Positions 35,403 through 46,898 of a stretch of 64,000 bases of DNA are shown piece by piece. The DNA is taken from positions 9,660 through 73,659 of the forward strand of contig DF237100.1 in the NCBI GenBank assembly GCA_000708835.1, given 5' to 3'. The notes beneath the pieces were generated by a model. That model was not told the DNA's origin and searched no databases. It worked only from the letters and a program-made list of their open reading frames with translations. The position numbers and the translations under genes are program-made. Numbering within the stretch: position 1 is the first letter of the stretch; every line of letters begins with the position of its first letter. This stretch comes from Klebsormidium nitens. Its lineage: Eukaryota; Plantae; Klebsormidiophyceae.

Positions 35403-36321
35403 GAGATTCGTGCGCATCAAATTTACTCTCTTGGTGTGGCTTGCAAACACGGAGACTGTGTGCTATGCCAAGCTGGAGGAGCGTAATGGTGGGCAGAACT
35501 GGTCAAAGCCCGGCTGCGCTCCTAGTTTCTTCCAATGAATCTTGATTGCTCAAGCGCCAATGCTGAAGAGGATCGAGCAAATGCTGCGCCTTTCCACTAC
35601 GAGAGAGCTGCAATAGACTTGCTTTTGCTGCTGTTGTGATGTCACCAGAGTTTCTTCTCTCTCTCTCCGCGCAATGCCGCATGCACGAAGGGGGGCTCGA
35701 GGATGCTGGATTCATGAGGAAGATCTGGGTTAGACCTTCTATCGCACAAGCCCACAGGGCTGTTTCAAAATGCGGAAAGACGGCAGCGGACGAAAAGTAC
35801 GCTCAGCACTGCCTTCATGTAGGTTGCATGCAGGCTGTTGCATCTGATGCTCCCTACACGAGTTCTGTAGCTCAAGAGTACATATTACAGGTACAATAGG
35901 CAGGCACGTTCGAACCTACAGGCCAGCAGACAGAACAGCAGCCCAAAAATGCATGCACGTTCGCCGACGCAAAGATACTTTCATGGCCGTACGATATCAA
36001 TCAAAATTCTGATCGTACGGTTATCCGGTCGGTGCGCTTCGGCACACTGCCATGTGCAGCAGGCTGCTGGGGTTCGGCCGTCCAAACCCTTCCTTATGAA
36101 CGAGAATTCCTCTGCGGCCGCGGGTCGCCGCGGCGGCCAAGATGTTATTTTTTTTTTTGACACTCATATTCAAGCGCTATATCCTTTCACTCTTTCTGCC
36201 GCCGAAGCGTCATACTCTAGTGTCAGAATATAGATGCGCAAAATAAAGAAAATTATACGATATTGTGAGGCTCTCTCTGGGCCTCATGTCAGTTTACGAC
36301 GACGTTTCTGCGGCCGCCGTG

Positions 36322-37000
36322 TCAAAGTGTTCCAGTGTTGCATCCATCTGGCGCGAGGCGTTTGAGGATGCCTTTGTCTCTGTCCGAGAGCACAATGCAT
36401 AATGTTCTTCTGCTCGAACTCATAAAAGTGGTTGCTTGCTTTTCGATTGGGAAAGCTCTAATTTGATCATTTGGGTTACCAATAAAAACACGACGTTTTT
36501 TCCTTTTACATGCATTAAGGTTGCTTGTTGATGGAAGACGTTTCTTGCAAATCTTAGATATAGTATTTTCGATTGGAGGTGCTTGTTCTTGACTTGGAAT
36601 TTGGATAAGACTACGTTCGGTCATTTGTTGTGCAGCAAGCTCGTGCGTTCGTGACACATTAATATCACGATGACCTGGATAGATAAGAGCTTCGTAATGA
36701 TTGCCATTACAATGAACGATATGTATCATATTTGCTGATTGATTCGTTTGCGTATTGTAATTTATAATGTCCATCGGTCTTCTTGTTTCCAGCTTCCATA
36801 TTACAATCGGAAGTTGAAGCAGTTCCGCTATGACATTAATCTCAAGTTGAGTGCCCCATATACCATCTTGGCTCATATAATTAATGTAAGCTTCAGCGTT
36901 CGGAAATATTGGAACGGGATCAACATTTTGCACGTCTGGAGCATCTGGGCGATCAGGTTTATGGCAGAAGTTTGCATATAATGAATAATGAATTGATCTG
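36322..37000 (-). pseudogene. AT-rich intronless OTU-family deubiquitinase fragment (C-terminal half), possibly foreign
   Basis: YINYMSQDGIWGTQLEINVIAELLQLPIVIW...IHIVHCNGNHYEAL (36888-36685) is the OTU WG...E / His-loop signature. No DGNC catalytic Cys motif is visible upstream. 36721-36780 has 19/60 G+C. Confidence 0.7.
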
Positions 37001-37322
37001 GCATGCAGTCTGAGTACTGCCCCACGTTTGCAAAGGCGCTGCGTCAAGTTGCGAGCCAGAATGCACAACAAAGAGCCGGAGGAAGGAAACCTTAGTGGTT
37101 CCGCAATCAAGCTTGGGCTCAGGGCAAGGGGCAAGGGCCACTGGGACTGGCCTAGCTTCTTATTGAACATGTTACGAAGGACACGGCGTTTAGTGTCTTG
37201 GGCCAGCTGTGGCCTCCTACCTGGCTCTCAAAGGCACAAAGTTGACCGGCGTTCAAAAGGTCACCGTCTCTGCACCCAGTGCTGAAGCAGGGCGCTGCAA
37301 GGACGAGGTTGCAGCGTGGCAG

Positions 37323-37994
37323 ATGGATGAGGATGAGTGTACTTCACTATCTTCTGGGGATGAATTTTATGCAAGCACGGGGGGTTCTCAAGAGGGGCCA
37401 GAGCTGATTGGACCACAGGAAGCTGTCGAGAGTGAAAGACCTGCTCCAGGTGACCAAGATTTAGACTCTCCTCAAGAATCAGAGTCCTCAGGGGGCAACA
37501 GTAGCAGCAGTGCGCAAGATTGGTGGCCCCAGTCCAGTGCAGGGAGCGGCCAAGCCGGTTCAGAAGAGTCGGGGGAGCATTCCCCAGGCCACAAAGAAAA
37601 CTCTCTGCCTAAAAAGAAGCCGATGCGGTTAATTGGCGAGGGGGACGGTGTGGAGGGGCCTCCAGATGCGACGCTGCCAATACTCAGCCGGAACTATTGG
37701 CTCAACATTCTCTACATCATACCTGAGCAGCTCGCTGAAGCTCTGGAGAACAAGAAGAGCAAGACGGAGATTCTTGACGTGCAGATTGGTGTTCTTGCCT
37801 GGATACCTTCTTTAGAGGTCTGGAAGCAATTGTCGTCTAGCGGAGAGTCTGTTGTCATGGAATCGTTTTTGCTGGACGAAGATACGTTGAAAAGCGGGGA
37901 CAAGGCTCACTTGGTGAGCAGTGCCCTCCGCCCAAGACACATCGTATGGGTAAAGCAGAGGAAAGACCTGGTAATATTTTTGCTGGATATTTAG
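37323..37994 (+). CDS. Hypothetical protein (acidic/Ser-rich N-half, globular-looking C-half)
   Basis: Open frame 37195-37994; first in-frame ATG at 37323 gives 223 aa; no recognised motif. Confidence 0.4.
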   Translation: MDEDECTSLSSGDEFYASTGGSQEGPELIGPQEAVESERPAPGDQDLDSPQESESSGGNSSSSAQDWWPQSSAGSGQAGSEESGEHSPGHKENSLPKKKPMRLIGEGDGVEGPPDATLPILSRNYWLNILYIIPEQLAEALENKKSKTEILDVQIGVLAWIPSLEVWKQLSSSGESVVMESFLLDEDTLKSGDKAHLVSSALRPRHIVWVKQRKDLVIFLLDI

Positions 37995-39333
37995 TACTAC
38001 TACGACTAGAATCCGTCACAATCATTACCCACATGAGAGAATCAGAGATCTTTGGTTGAGAATCAAAGCATTGCGGAGCTGAGTAGGAGCGGGACGGCAG
38101 CTTGCTATGTCTGCAAAGGAATCAAGCTGATTGTAGCTTCCTTGAGTCAATTGTGAACTCTGCACATGCTGCGATGTTCCTGTATGTGCCCGTGCCGGCT
38201 GCCCTTGCGACTGTAGGACTATAGCGAGTTGGGTTCGAAGTCTTGTTCTTACGCCGCAAGTACCAGAACCTGGGTGGCAGCTAGGCACTGCGCAGTGAAG
38301 CCTGATCTTTCCGGGAGCTTGAGCCGGCACATTCTCATAAGCCCTGACTCGCTTGACCTTCGAACCTACCTGCTAGGACCCATCCCTTCGATCCTGTATA
38401 CAGCCAGGTTAGCCAGGTCCCTACAGTCTTTGCATATTCTTCTTCTTGAGCTGGCCTCCTCATTCGCAAAATCGTTTCTCGCCCCCTCGTTTCCATGCCA
38501 TGTTGAGCGGGGGGCATGTGACCTTACATCGAAGGTGACAGAGACCAATCTCGTTCTTTTTTCAGTCCTTGTTAATAATTTGCGGCGGCCATGAGAGGTG
38601 TTTGCGTGGTGAGAATTTTGACTTGGTCTCTTGCCATGGTGCTAGTGCGATACTTTTTGGTCTTGCCAGTGCTCATGCCGTTTTCATTATTTGCATATAG
38701 ATCCAATTTTTTGTATGATGCTTATTTGTCAGCGTGATCCTTGGTGCAACTGCGGGGTTCTGCCTCGAGCTCCTCTTGTGACTATATTGCATTGATCATG
38801 GGTGGGCCTCATGCGTGATGCTGTTGCGACATGTTGAATCATTATGTGTTGGCCAGATATTGTGGTGCTCAACGATATACAAGCGAATTGAAGGGCCCAC
38901 GCCCACGCCCGTTTGTAAGCGCTGTAATTAGTTTAGTAGCATGGTTAGTAGTAGGCTTCGGGAACTCCATGGCCCCGCGCCATAGGGTGTGCATCTAGCT
39001 TTAAACTCAAATCGCCATAGTCTCGGCGCACAGTAAGTAATCTAATTCTTGCAGGGTTATGCGCAAAGCCATCCTGCATGCGCAAGTTTGACTGATCATG
39101 ACATGTATCCAGCATTAATTACTTTCAACGTCACTGCTCAATGTTGAATGATATGCGAGCGATCTGATGACGTCAAATTAAGGCTGAGGCCAACAATAAT
39201 GGAGTATTTGAACTTGCAACAAATCCTTGGCAAGGGCGAGCCGGATACGTGAATGAACTTAAGTTCAATTTCTCACAACGAATTGCTAGATGTGACATGG
39301 TCTCTGATATCTGACTGCGGAACTCGCCAGATA

Positions 39334-42300
39334 TTAATCAGCGTTTTGTAACTGCTTGAAGTAGTCCTGATACAATCCTGCAAGACAAAGCCCAAATTCA
39401 GTTGCGGCCTTCTTTTCTGTCGCGCGAACAACAATGATAATAAAGCACCCGTAACGACCGATCCAGCCACATCAACGTGCAGAGGAACGAATGCTACAAG
39501 AGATGGCTCGAGGCACCTATTTGGGTTGCCTGGCAAACAGCCCTCTGCTCTTATGCAAGAACAAGCTTCCTTTGGTGGGTGACCCTCACCGTCTCTGATT
39601 TTAAGAATCCCCTCGGCGTACTGCTTGTACATATCCAGCTGCTTCAAGTCCCGCTTGGAAAACACCGGCGTGGCCCGCCAAACCAACTGCAAGAACAGGA
39701 TTCAAAAACTATGAGCACAATGTATGAAAAGATAATGTCAATTTACGAGACTTTTATTGATATGAAGGACAAATTCACTGACATATTGAATCCTGTAGTT
39801 AACAACTATGCTCGACAGGAGATCATATAGATAATACTTATGACACCTTGTAGAAGTTTACGATTTTAATTTAACTCGAAATATCGTTGCCCATTTTGGT
39901 GGCTGACGATGCTCCGTTCACTACAACCATGGGTACTTACATCCTTGTGAGGTTAAAGTGTTAGCATACCACCGACGGCACGTCGACCATCTGTGTAGTG
40001 TACCAGTAGTACGAAGATACACTATACCGTCTTCATGATCGTTGGTAATAACGTTGAGAAAGTTGTAAAGAACCTGATTCGATCACTACGGGGTCACACA
40101 TTACATTAAAATTGTCAAATGACACGTTTGGAGCAAACGAGTCCGAAAGCCAAAACAAAATGTAAAGGGTCGCGAAGAAGCGAGAGCTTTCAGAAAGGTG
40201 CAAGTGGTGCTCCAATGACACGGCTATGGAGAGACGCATCCGGTCGACCTTCACAAATACCTTTTTGCAATCACCGGCAGATCCGACCAGGACCTTTCTC
40301 GCGCTTTCAACCAAACAGACTTTTGTGCAGTAACCATGAGGGAAGCACAAGCCGAGAAAGCAGCATCGCATTGGAAAGCGCGATGAGGGCTAAGAACAGC
40401 TGAGTAACCGCTGCCCAAAGCGGCAACTTAATGGCCTTCGTCAATGCAGACTCGCTTTATGGACTATGAAGGCTCGCAGCTCTACTATTCTGAACCACAG
40501 CTTGCAATCGCCTAAGCCACAACAGAGATAATTTTCTTGGCATGAGGGTCGGTGATTGGGCTGTCTTCGACGAGTAAAAATCTTGTTTCACGGCGCCTTT
40601 TAACTAGCAGGCACTTCGTCGCATGCCGCGAGAGACACTCCAGCTTCTCCATTCCCTGAGGCAACAAAGTAATCTCACCTTTCCCAACACTACCAGTACA
40701 AGGTACGCTACGAGCAGGCCCCCCGCCAGCCACGCAAAGTCGTTCAATGGTGGAGCTTCTAGCCGCGTCCCATCGACCTTCCGCAGGCCGAGTGGGTTCC
40801 GGAAGACCTCTAGGTGTTCTGGGTACTTTTCTCTGCAAGCCCAAGAGGCAGGATTAAGTGGCGACGACCGGGATGTTTCTGACTGATGCAAACGCTGCAA
40901 CAAAGCAAACCTTTCGCGAAGCAAGTCGCTGTGGAAGCTCGGCGAACCCGTCTATATTTCACACGCACACTCTTATCCGGGACGTGTTAGCATCCGTCCC
41001 TTAACAACCAGAGTTAGGACCAATTGGCGACCTACTTGTAACTTTCGCAACGGCCTAGTCTGCAGTGCTTCAAAGACAAGCATAGACGAAACCACCTCGG
41101 AAGAAGACTTTAAAATGAGTAGAGAAAATATTAATGGAGCGATGACTCACAGAACGGAATCAACGAGGTCCCCTAGGGGCCCCACTGTGGCCAGTAGCTG
41201 GCGGAGAGAAACTAGAATGAGGAGGAAAAGGACGAGCCACGAGGCCAGCAGGAGGAGCAACCCTGCAAGAAGGAAAAGAACAAGGTTTAAGCCAGAAAAT
41301 CGGATTCGCGATTTAGATTGAAACGGTCGCAGAAAGACCCGGGGGAGTGCCAGCGGGCTCAAGTTTTCGAGGGCATCACAGGCAAGTAGTGAAAGGATTC
41401 GGTAACTAGCTGAGAGAGACGGCAGAAAGAGACAGCAGAACGTCAACGGAAAAAGCCAGTCGCGCTGACGAACGGGTTGCTGAGATAGCAAACAAGAATC
41501 TAGGCTCATCAGATTTCCCTCACCGTTCGTGCGTCTCGTGCTGTTGGTCTTTCTCCGCCGTTGATCTTCCATTTGCACCCTGCACAGGAGAAGGGATCAC
41601 AGTATGAGCAAAGGTCTCTTGGAGGAGTCACAAACTTTGAGGTCCCTTAGAAACAGCCACGACAAGACAACCCCAGTAGTCGGAATCAAAGCAGAGTTAG
41701 CAATTGGCATCACCAGCAGAAACACGGGTATCAGGCATCCCGACTTTTTCAACACTCCTCAGGCACAGCGCTCTTTGGAGATCCAGGATGTTACAGAACG
41801 AGAAGGACAGGTCACAAGTCGCCTCACTCTGCTACTCTCTTCTGGATGGTCTGGCAGTCGGTCTTGACGGACACCAAATTCTTCTGGACCGTCAGCCGGA
41901 TCGCCTGCAAATTCAGAAAAAGCGGCGCATTGAGAATTTTCTCGAGCGATACTGTGCGGCAACAAGCAAGCGGTACAAAAGCAATCCTGTGCATGATGGC
42001 AGTTTGAGTCGGGAGCAGTACAAGGTATGCAGCCCGCATGTGCGAGGGTCGGATGAAGTCGACGGTGAGTCGCGCAAGGTGATCCGAATTTTGCTCGATT
42101 GACATGCTCGGGGGTCTGGTGGAAGGGCTGAGGAGAAGGATCTTAGCAACCAAGAAGGCCGAGCGCCAGGACATTGCAGGCGTACCAGAGTGTGCATGCC
42201 CTTTCTGTGGGCACCCAGAGAACAAAGGATCCGTCCATCCTTGAGAAGTCTATGTTCCTTGCTTCAAGTTTCAGTCGACCTCGACTTCTGACGAAGGATC

Positions 42301-45300
42301 TCCAAACGGTTCCGTTCGCAAGTGTCGCAACCACGCTTGCTGAAGGCTGACGACCGTGGAAAAAAGGTTCCGCAAGTGACTGCAACATAGTGGAGCACCG
42401 TCAAAAGAGTGCCTCACCTTATCAATACCGTCGCAGACCTCCGAGATGGCGTTGGGAATGGAGGCGGGAGTGCGTGACTCGTCGACAACGGAGGGGAGGT
42501 AGAAGGTGGGCAGCGAAAACGCGTGGGTCGACTGCGAAACAATGTCGCATGCTTTTCGTTAGGCAGAAACGGACCATTGGCACTTCCGATCCGCAGCTTG
42601 TGTAGCATTTCCATCAGAAAAGCATGCCGTGCCGCAAGAAGCAAAGCAAGAATGAGAGAAGGGGCCGTTAGGGGAACAGGGAGAGTCGCGTTGCAGACTA
42701 TGTCCTCAATCGCGACAAGCGGAGGTGACATGCAGGATCAAGCATAACGAACTCTGATGACGTCAGTTTTCGAAGCCTGGGAGGTCACTTGAAGACGCAT
42801 TTCATTTGTCGTGGCGAGACAGTCGACAATTCGTAAAGACAGGACGGGAGTAGCAGAACACAATGACAATCGGCCGGGGAGTGCCGCACCTTGATCCTGG
42901 CCGTGACGTTCTGCGTAATCTGGATGAGCACCCGCTGGCGGTCGTCTTCTCTATCAACCTGGGGCAAGCAGCACAAGGGGAAACCGTCAGCAAGCAAACG
43001 CCGCCAAGGTCATAAAGACGAGCGATGAGGAACCACCTCTAGGACAAACATAACGTTTGCACCTTCCATGACAAGCTTTCGCTCGGAAAGTGCCTGCTTG
43101 CTCGGCCGTGCCGAGAGTTTCCAATCCCACGTGTGATGGTCTTTAGTTGTCCTGAAACACAAGTCTTTGTCCCACTTGTTGAGTGTCGAAGCTAATCAAC
43201 CGTATGGTGCAACCGACAATGGTAGTGAGCGTGGCTCACCTGATCCGCCTTGGACATGTAGAAGCGGAGCTTTTCGTTGTGCTTCTTCGACAGCCGCTCG
43301 ATCACGTCCATGGTGCGCGCAGTCAGAGCCTGGCCGATGGGATCAAAGAACACTGCAGAACAACAGCAAAGCGAGGACCTCAAGAAGTGCGTCTGGTAAG
43401 CGACTGAATGAAGAATTGAAAAGAGCAGAATCCTCTTATCCCAAGGTTCGCAGTGGCTTTTGAATGCAACAGGAAAAGTCCACTCTCCTGGGGTATCTAC
43501 AGGCCCCAGCCAGCTCGGCTCGAAGGAGTTCCTTGAAGGATGCTTGTAGTAAAACACCAAGTTCTAAGCAGAGTGCCAACTCTTGTTAAGACAAGGAAAA
43601 GGAAAGAATGCAAGGCACGTGACTGCAGCGTACCCAGGATGAGATCCACATGCTCCGCCAGCCACAGGATAGCGTTGTCAACGTCGTAGGGATCTGCAAG
43701 GAACGGCTTTCATATGAGCTGCAACTCCATAAAAGACCGCATATTTGTAAAATCCACAGCCACGCCTCGCATTTGCGAGAGAACAACACAATTTGCCGTC
43801 CTGGCGAAGCGACCTGACGAAGGGAGTTGCGAACAAGGATTCGGATCAATAATAGTCGGGCTTAGAGACAACTTTACGCTGAAAAGAATCGATGGGAGTA
43901 CTTGAAAGATTGCAGTACCATCATATTTCCGAGCAACCTTGCCGGGGTCTCTGCTTGTTGTGATGAGAACGAGCAAAATACTCAGACGGCGTTTCGTAGA
44001 AACCCTCGACGTTTCATGACCCAAAGTCCTGTAGTTTGAACTCTACTCAGCAAGTTGAGGCCAGACTCACAGTGGATATCCCCATCAACGAGCCCTGGAG
44101 TGTCAATGAAGTCAACGCAGGAAAAGTTGCGCTCTTTGCTCGTGCAGACCTGGAGGAGCGGACCGCCGGTCACAGGTTTGAAAAAGATGCGAACTTATCG
44201 AGTCTCTCTTTCGTCTGGGCTGGACTCGTTGGTCGCCTTTGTTTGGGGGGGATTTCACCACGGTGCTCCGCCAGAAGATAACTGAGCGGCGCAAGCAGAG
44301 GCGCACAATGGATGATACATCATGCAGATACAGCAGTGCGTTGGCAAAAACGGCACCATCTTGGGAATCTTAAATGGAGCGGCTGACCTCGGTAAACAGG
44401 TTGGGTACAATCCCATCGAACTGATCGAAGCCCTCTAGATGGTCGTAGTAGAAGAGCGTGGCATCACCCTTGAGAGTGTCGCGCTTCTTGCCGCTTGTCA
44501 CAAAGTAGAATCCCTTGGTCTCAATGGCCACACCCGTTTTCTGCACGTCAGAAGAAAAATACATGACAGTTGATACTGTTTGACCTTCGCGAAGCAGCTG
44601 CACACTTGCCAAGGCAAATAACAAGGCGAAAAATGTCCATTGACGTCAAGACACCTCTGGCTCTGTCAGGATATACTCTCAACGGCGTCTTTCAAAAGAC
44701 AACCGAGCATTCTCAAGGCCCATGGGTAGTGGCTCTGAGCGGACTTGCGCTGATTTTGAAAGTCCTCGCTTTAAAAACCTGGACAGATGAACCCCAGATT
44801 CTCGGCTCACCTGGATCGTTTCTCCAACATACCTGCATCCAGGAACCACCGGTCAGAGCTCCGCTTCGGAGCCGCAGAGAGACAAGAAGCCAGAGAAAGT
44901 TTCGAATCGACTTTTTTGAGGATTCTTGAGGCTTTGCTTTCAACTTCCAGGAAAAGAGCGTGGCAAGAAACGAGGAGCATATCTTGGCAATCTAGGTCTA
45001 ATCAGCAATTCCTGCATAGGAAATGAGTCATGAGTCATATTCTGTGACTCATGACTCACTTCAACCGGCTTGTGGACTAACAGAACCTGTTCATCCTTTC
45101 CACGAACGCATCTGGATTACATACACATCACGCCAATGACGGACTCTCAACATACCACCACCCATGCATCGGACGGTCGCAAAAGCAAGCAGACTCACCA
45201 ATTGATGAACGAGGACTTGCCAGCGGAGTGGTTTCCAACAATCATCACGGACACGCGCTTGCGGGGCTTGTGCAGGTGCAGCCCCAAGAGCGGATCGTCG

Positions 45301-46124
45301 GCGATCGTCTTCAATCCCAGCGACCCGGGACCTGAAAGAGGCGCATCAGAGTGAGATGGCCCGCCAAACCAGCCAGAAACAGAAATTGGCACTCTACCTG
45401 TGGATATGTCACAGTGCCGCAGTGGCCGGAGTCAGAGCTCTGCCGCTGTTTTGCATGGTTGCTTATAACTGCGATGAGTGCTTGAACATAGTGCTTTTAC
45501 GGGCACGCATCTGTGCACTGTGCCATTGCTGAGCATCCCGCAACAATCACGAAGTAATGTGCCCTGTGCACACCTCCAGTGAGTCCTGGTTGACAAGCAG
45601 ACTGTGAACAATGCAAGCTTTTGCTTCACTACTCTGCTTGTGCTTGTTGCCTTCCAGTCACAAATCTCAGAAGGATCAAGAGAATTCAAATAACCAATTT
45701 TCACAGTGCAAACCCACATTGCTATGAATGGACAATGGATAGACGAGACACCGAACCTACCTCCACCTGGTCCAGTCTCATAGATATCTGTAATCTGCTT
45801 AAGAATCCTCTCTGTTACCCCCATTGTCACGCTTTCCGTGTCATTTTGGGTCTGCAATTTCTTCACCGGCTTCTGCTTGCCCTTCCCACCACCGCCCATC
45901 ATATTTGGATTGCTCGTTGGGGCGGCTTTTGTGGAGCTTGTGCCAGCAGGAACAGGTGACTGCTTAGTGGTAATCTCCTCTGCAAACAAGCTTTGGTCCA
46001 AAATGTCCTTCGAGCTCCTGGGATTGGTATCTCCGGTCGCAGGCCCTGCTTCTGGCACGTCTACGTCCTGCAGAACGCTGAAGCTATTTCCAGAGCCTGA
46101 GGAATGCTTGCGCCCACGAAACAT
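39334..46124 (-). CDS. Dynamin/EHD-like P-loop GTPase with C-terminal transmembrane region, multi-exon
   Basis: G1 VMIVGNHSAGKSSFINW, G3 FIDTPGLVDG, G4 YMSKADQV; DRQRVLIQITQN, HAFSLPTFYLP; hydrophobic FAWLAGGLLVAYLVLVVLG; final exons LVWRATPVF...KIRD and EKKAATEFG...QNAD* (stop at 39334). Confidence 0.85.
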
Positions 46125-46898
46125 CGAGAGCTGAGCGCCCAGCGTTCTCCTGTTCTCCGCTCAAGTGCTCTGGATAGGCCGTGTACAATGGCCGTATATG
46201 CAATGGTTCGAGAGCGCAAGTGAGCCGAGTGAGACGGCCTGTTTCAACCGTGCGATTGACCGCATCTGACCGCCAAGGACCTGTTTGCCCATAGTGCGCG
46301 AGCACATGTTCGTTGTTTCATGATTACGGTAGACCCGTTTCCAAAGTACTTGAGACAATGCTGCAGTCGTGGAGACTTGCGAGTAGGTACATATTGAACT
46401 GTATGATGCACCAGATCAGGGGTGTGATTCTGAGTGAAGGGTCCAGCTCGCACGGCCGCACTAGGTTGCTCTCCATCTTCATGTGGTATTGGACTCAGCA
46501 GCAAAACGTTGTTTAAGCCCATTGTTCATGATGAGTCGGAGGCTTCAAACCAGGACTTTAACAAGTATTAAGCTTGTATAAGCGCACGCGGGAGCGCACG
46601 AGTTGTTTACTGACACTATATAAGCATTGAAAAATGGGTGCAAAAGGTGGAATCTGGACAAGGCCCAAGGAATCGGCTGCCTTTCTAAGTTGAATCAAGT
46701 TGAATAACTAAGGGGACCTCTCGTGGAATAGCAGATTCCTTGATTGGATGAGCCGTGATTGAGCTGGACGTGCCAATAGGCCTGCATTTGGGTGCACTCA
46801 CGGCGCAGTGACAGTTCATCCAACAGTCTTTACTAGCTACAGGAGCAATTGAAAGCGACTAGTGCAGGAGCCCACCCCAGCAACAGACGGTCACAACG

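Noticed and set aside
38025-38594. Short ORFs on both strands, including MPPAQHG...WVLAG with a GTAGG donor
   Set aside because: No downstream exon could be joined and no motif was recognised.
39590-39690. KQYAEGILKIRDG resembles a Pif1/Helitron helicase motif
   Set aside because: It is a clean AG/GT-bounded exon that splices in frame to the terminal exon of the GTPase gene; no other helicase motifs are nearby.
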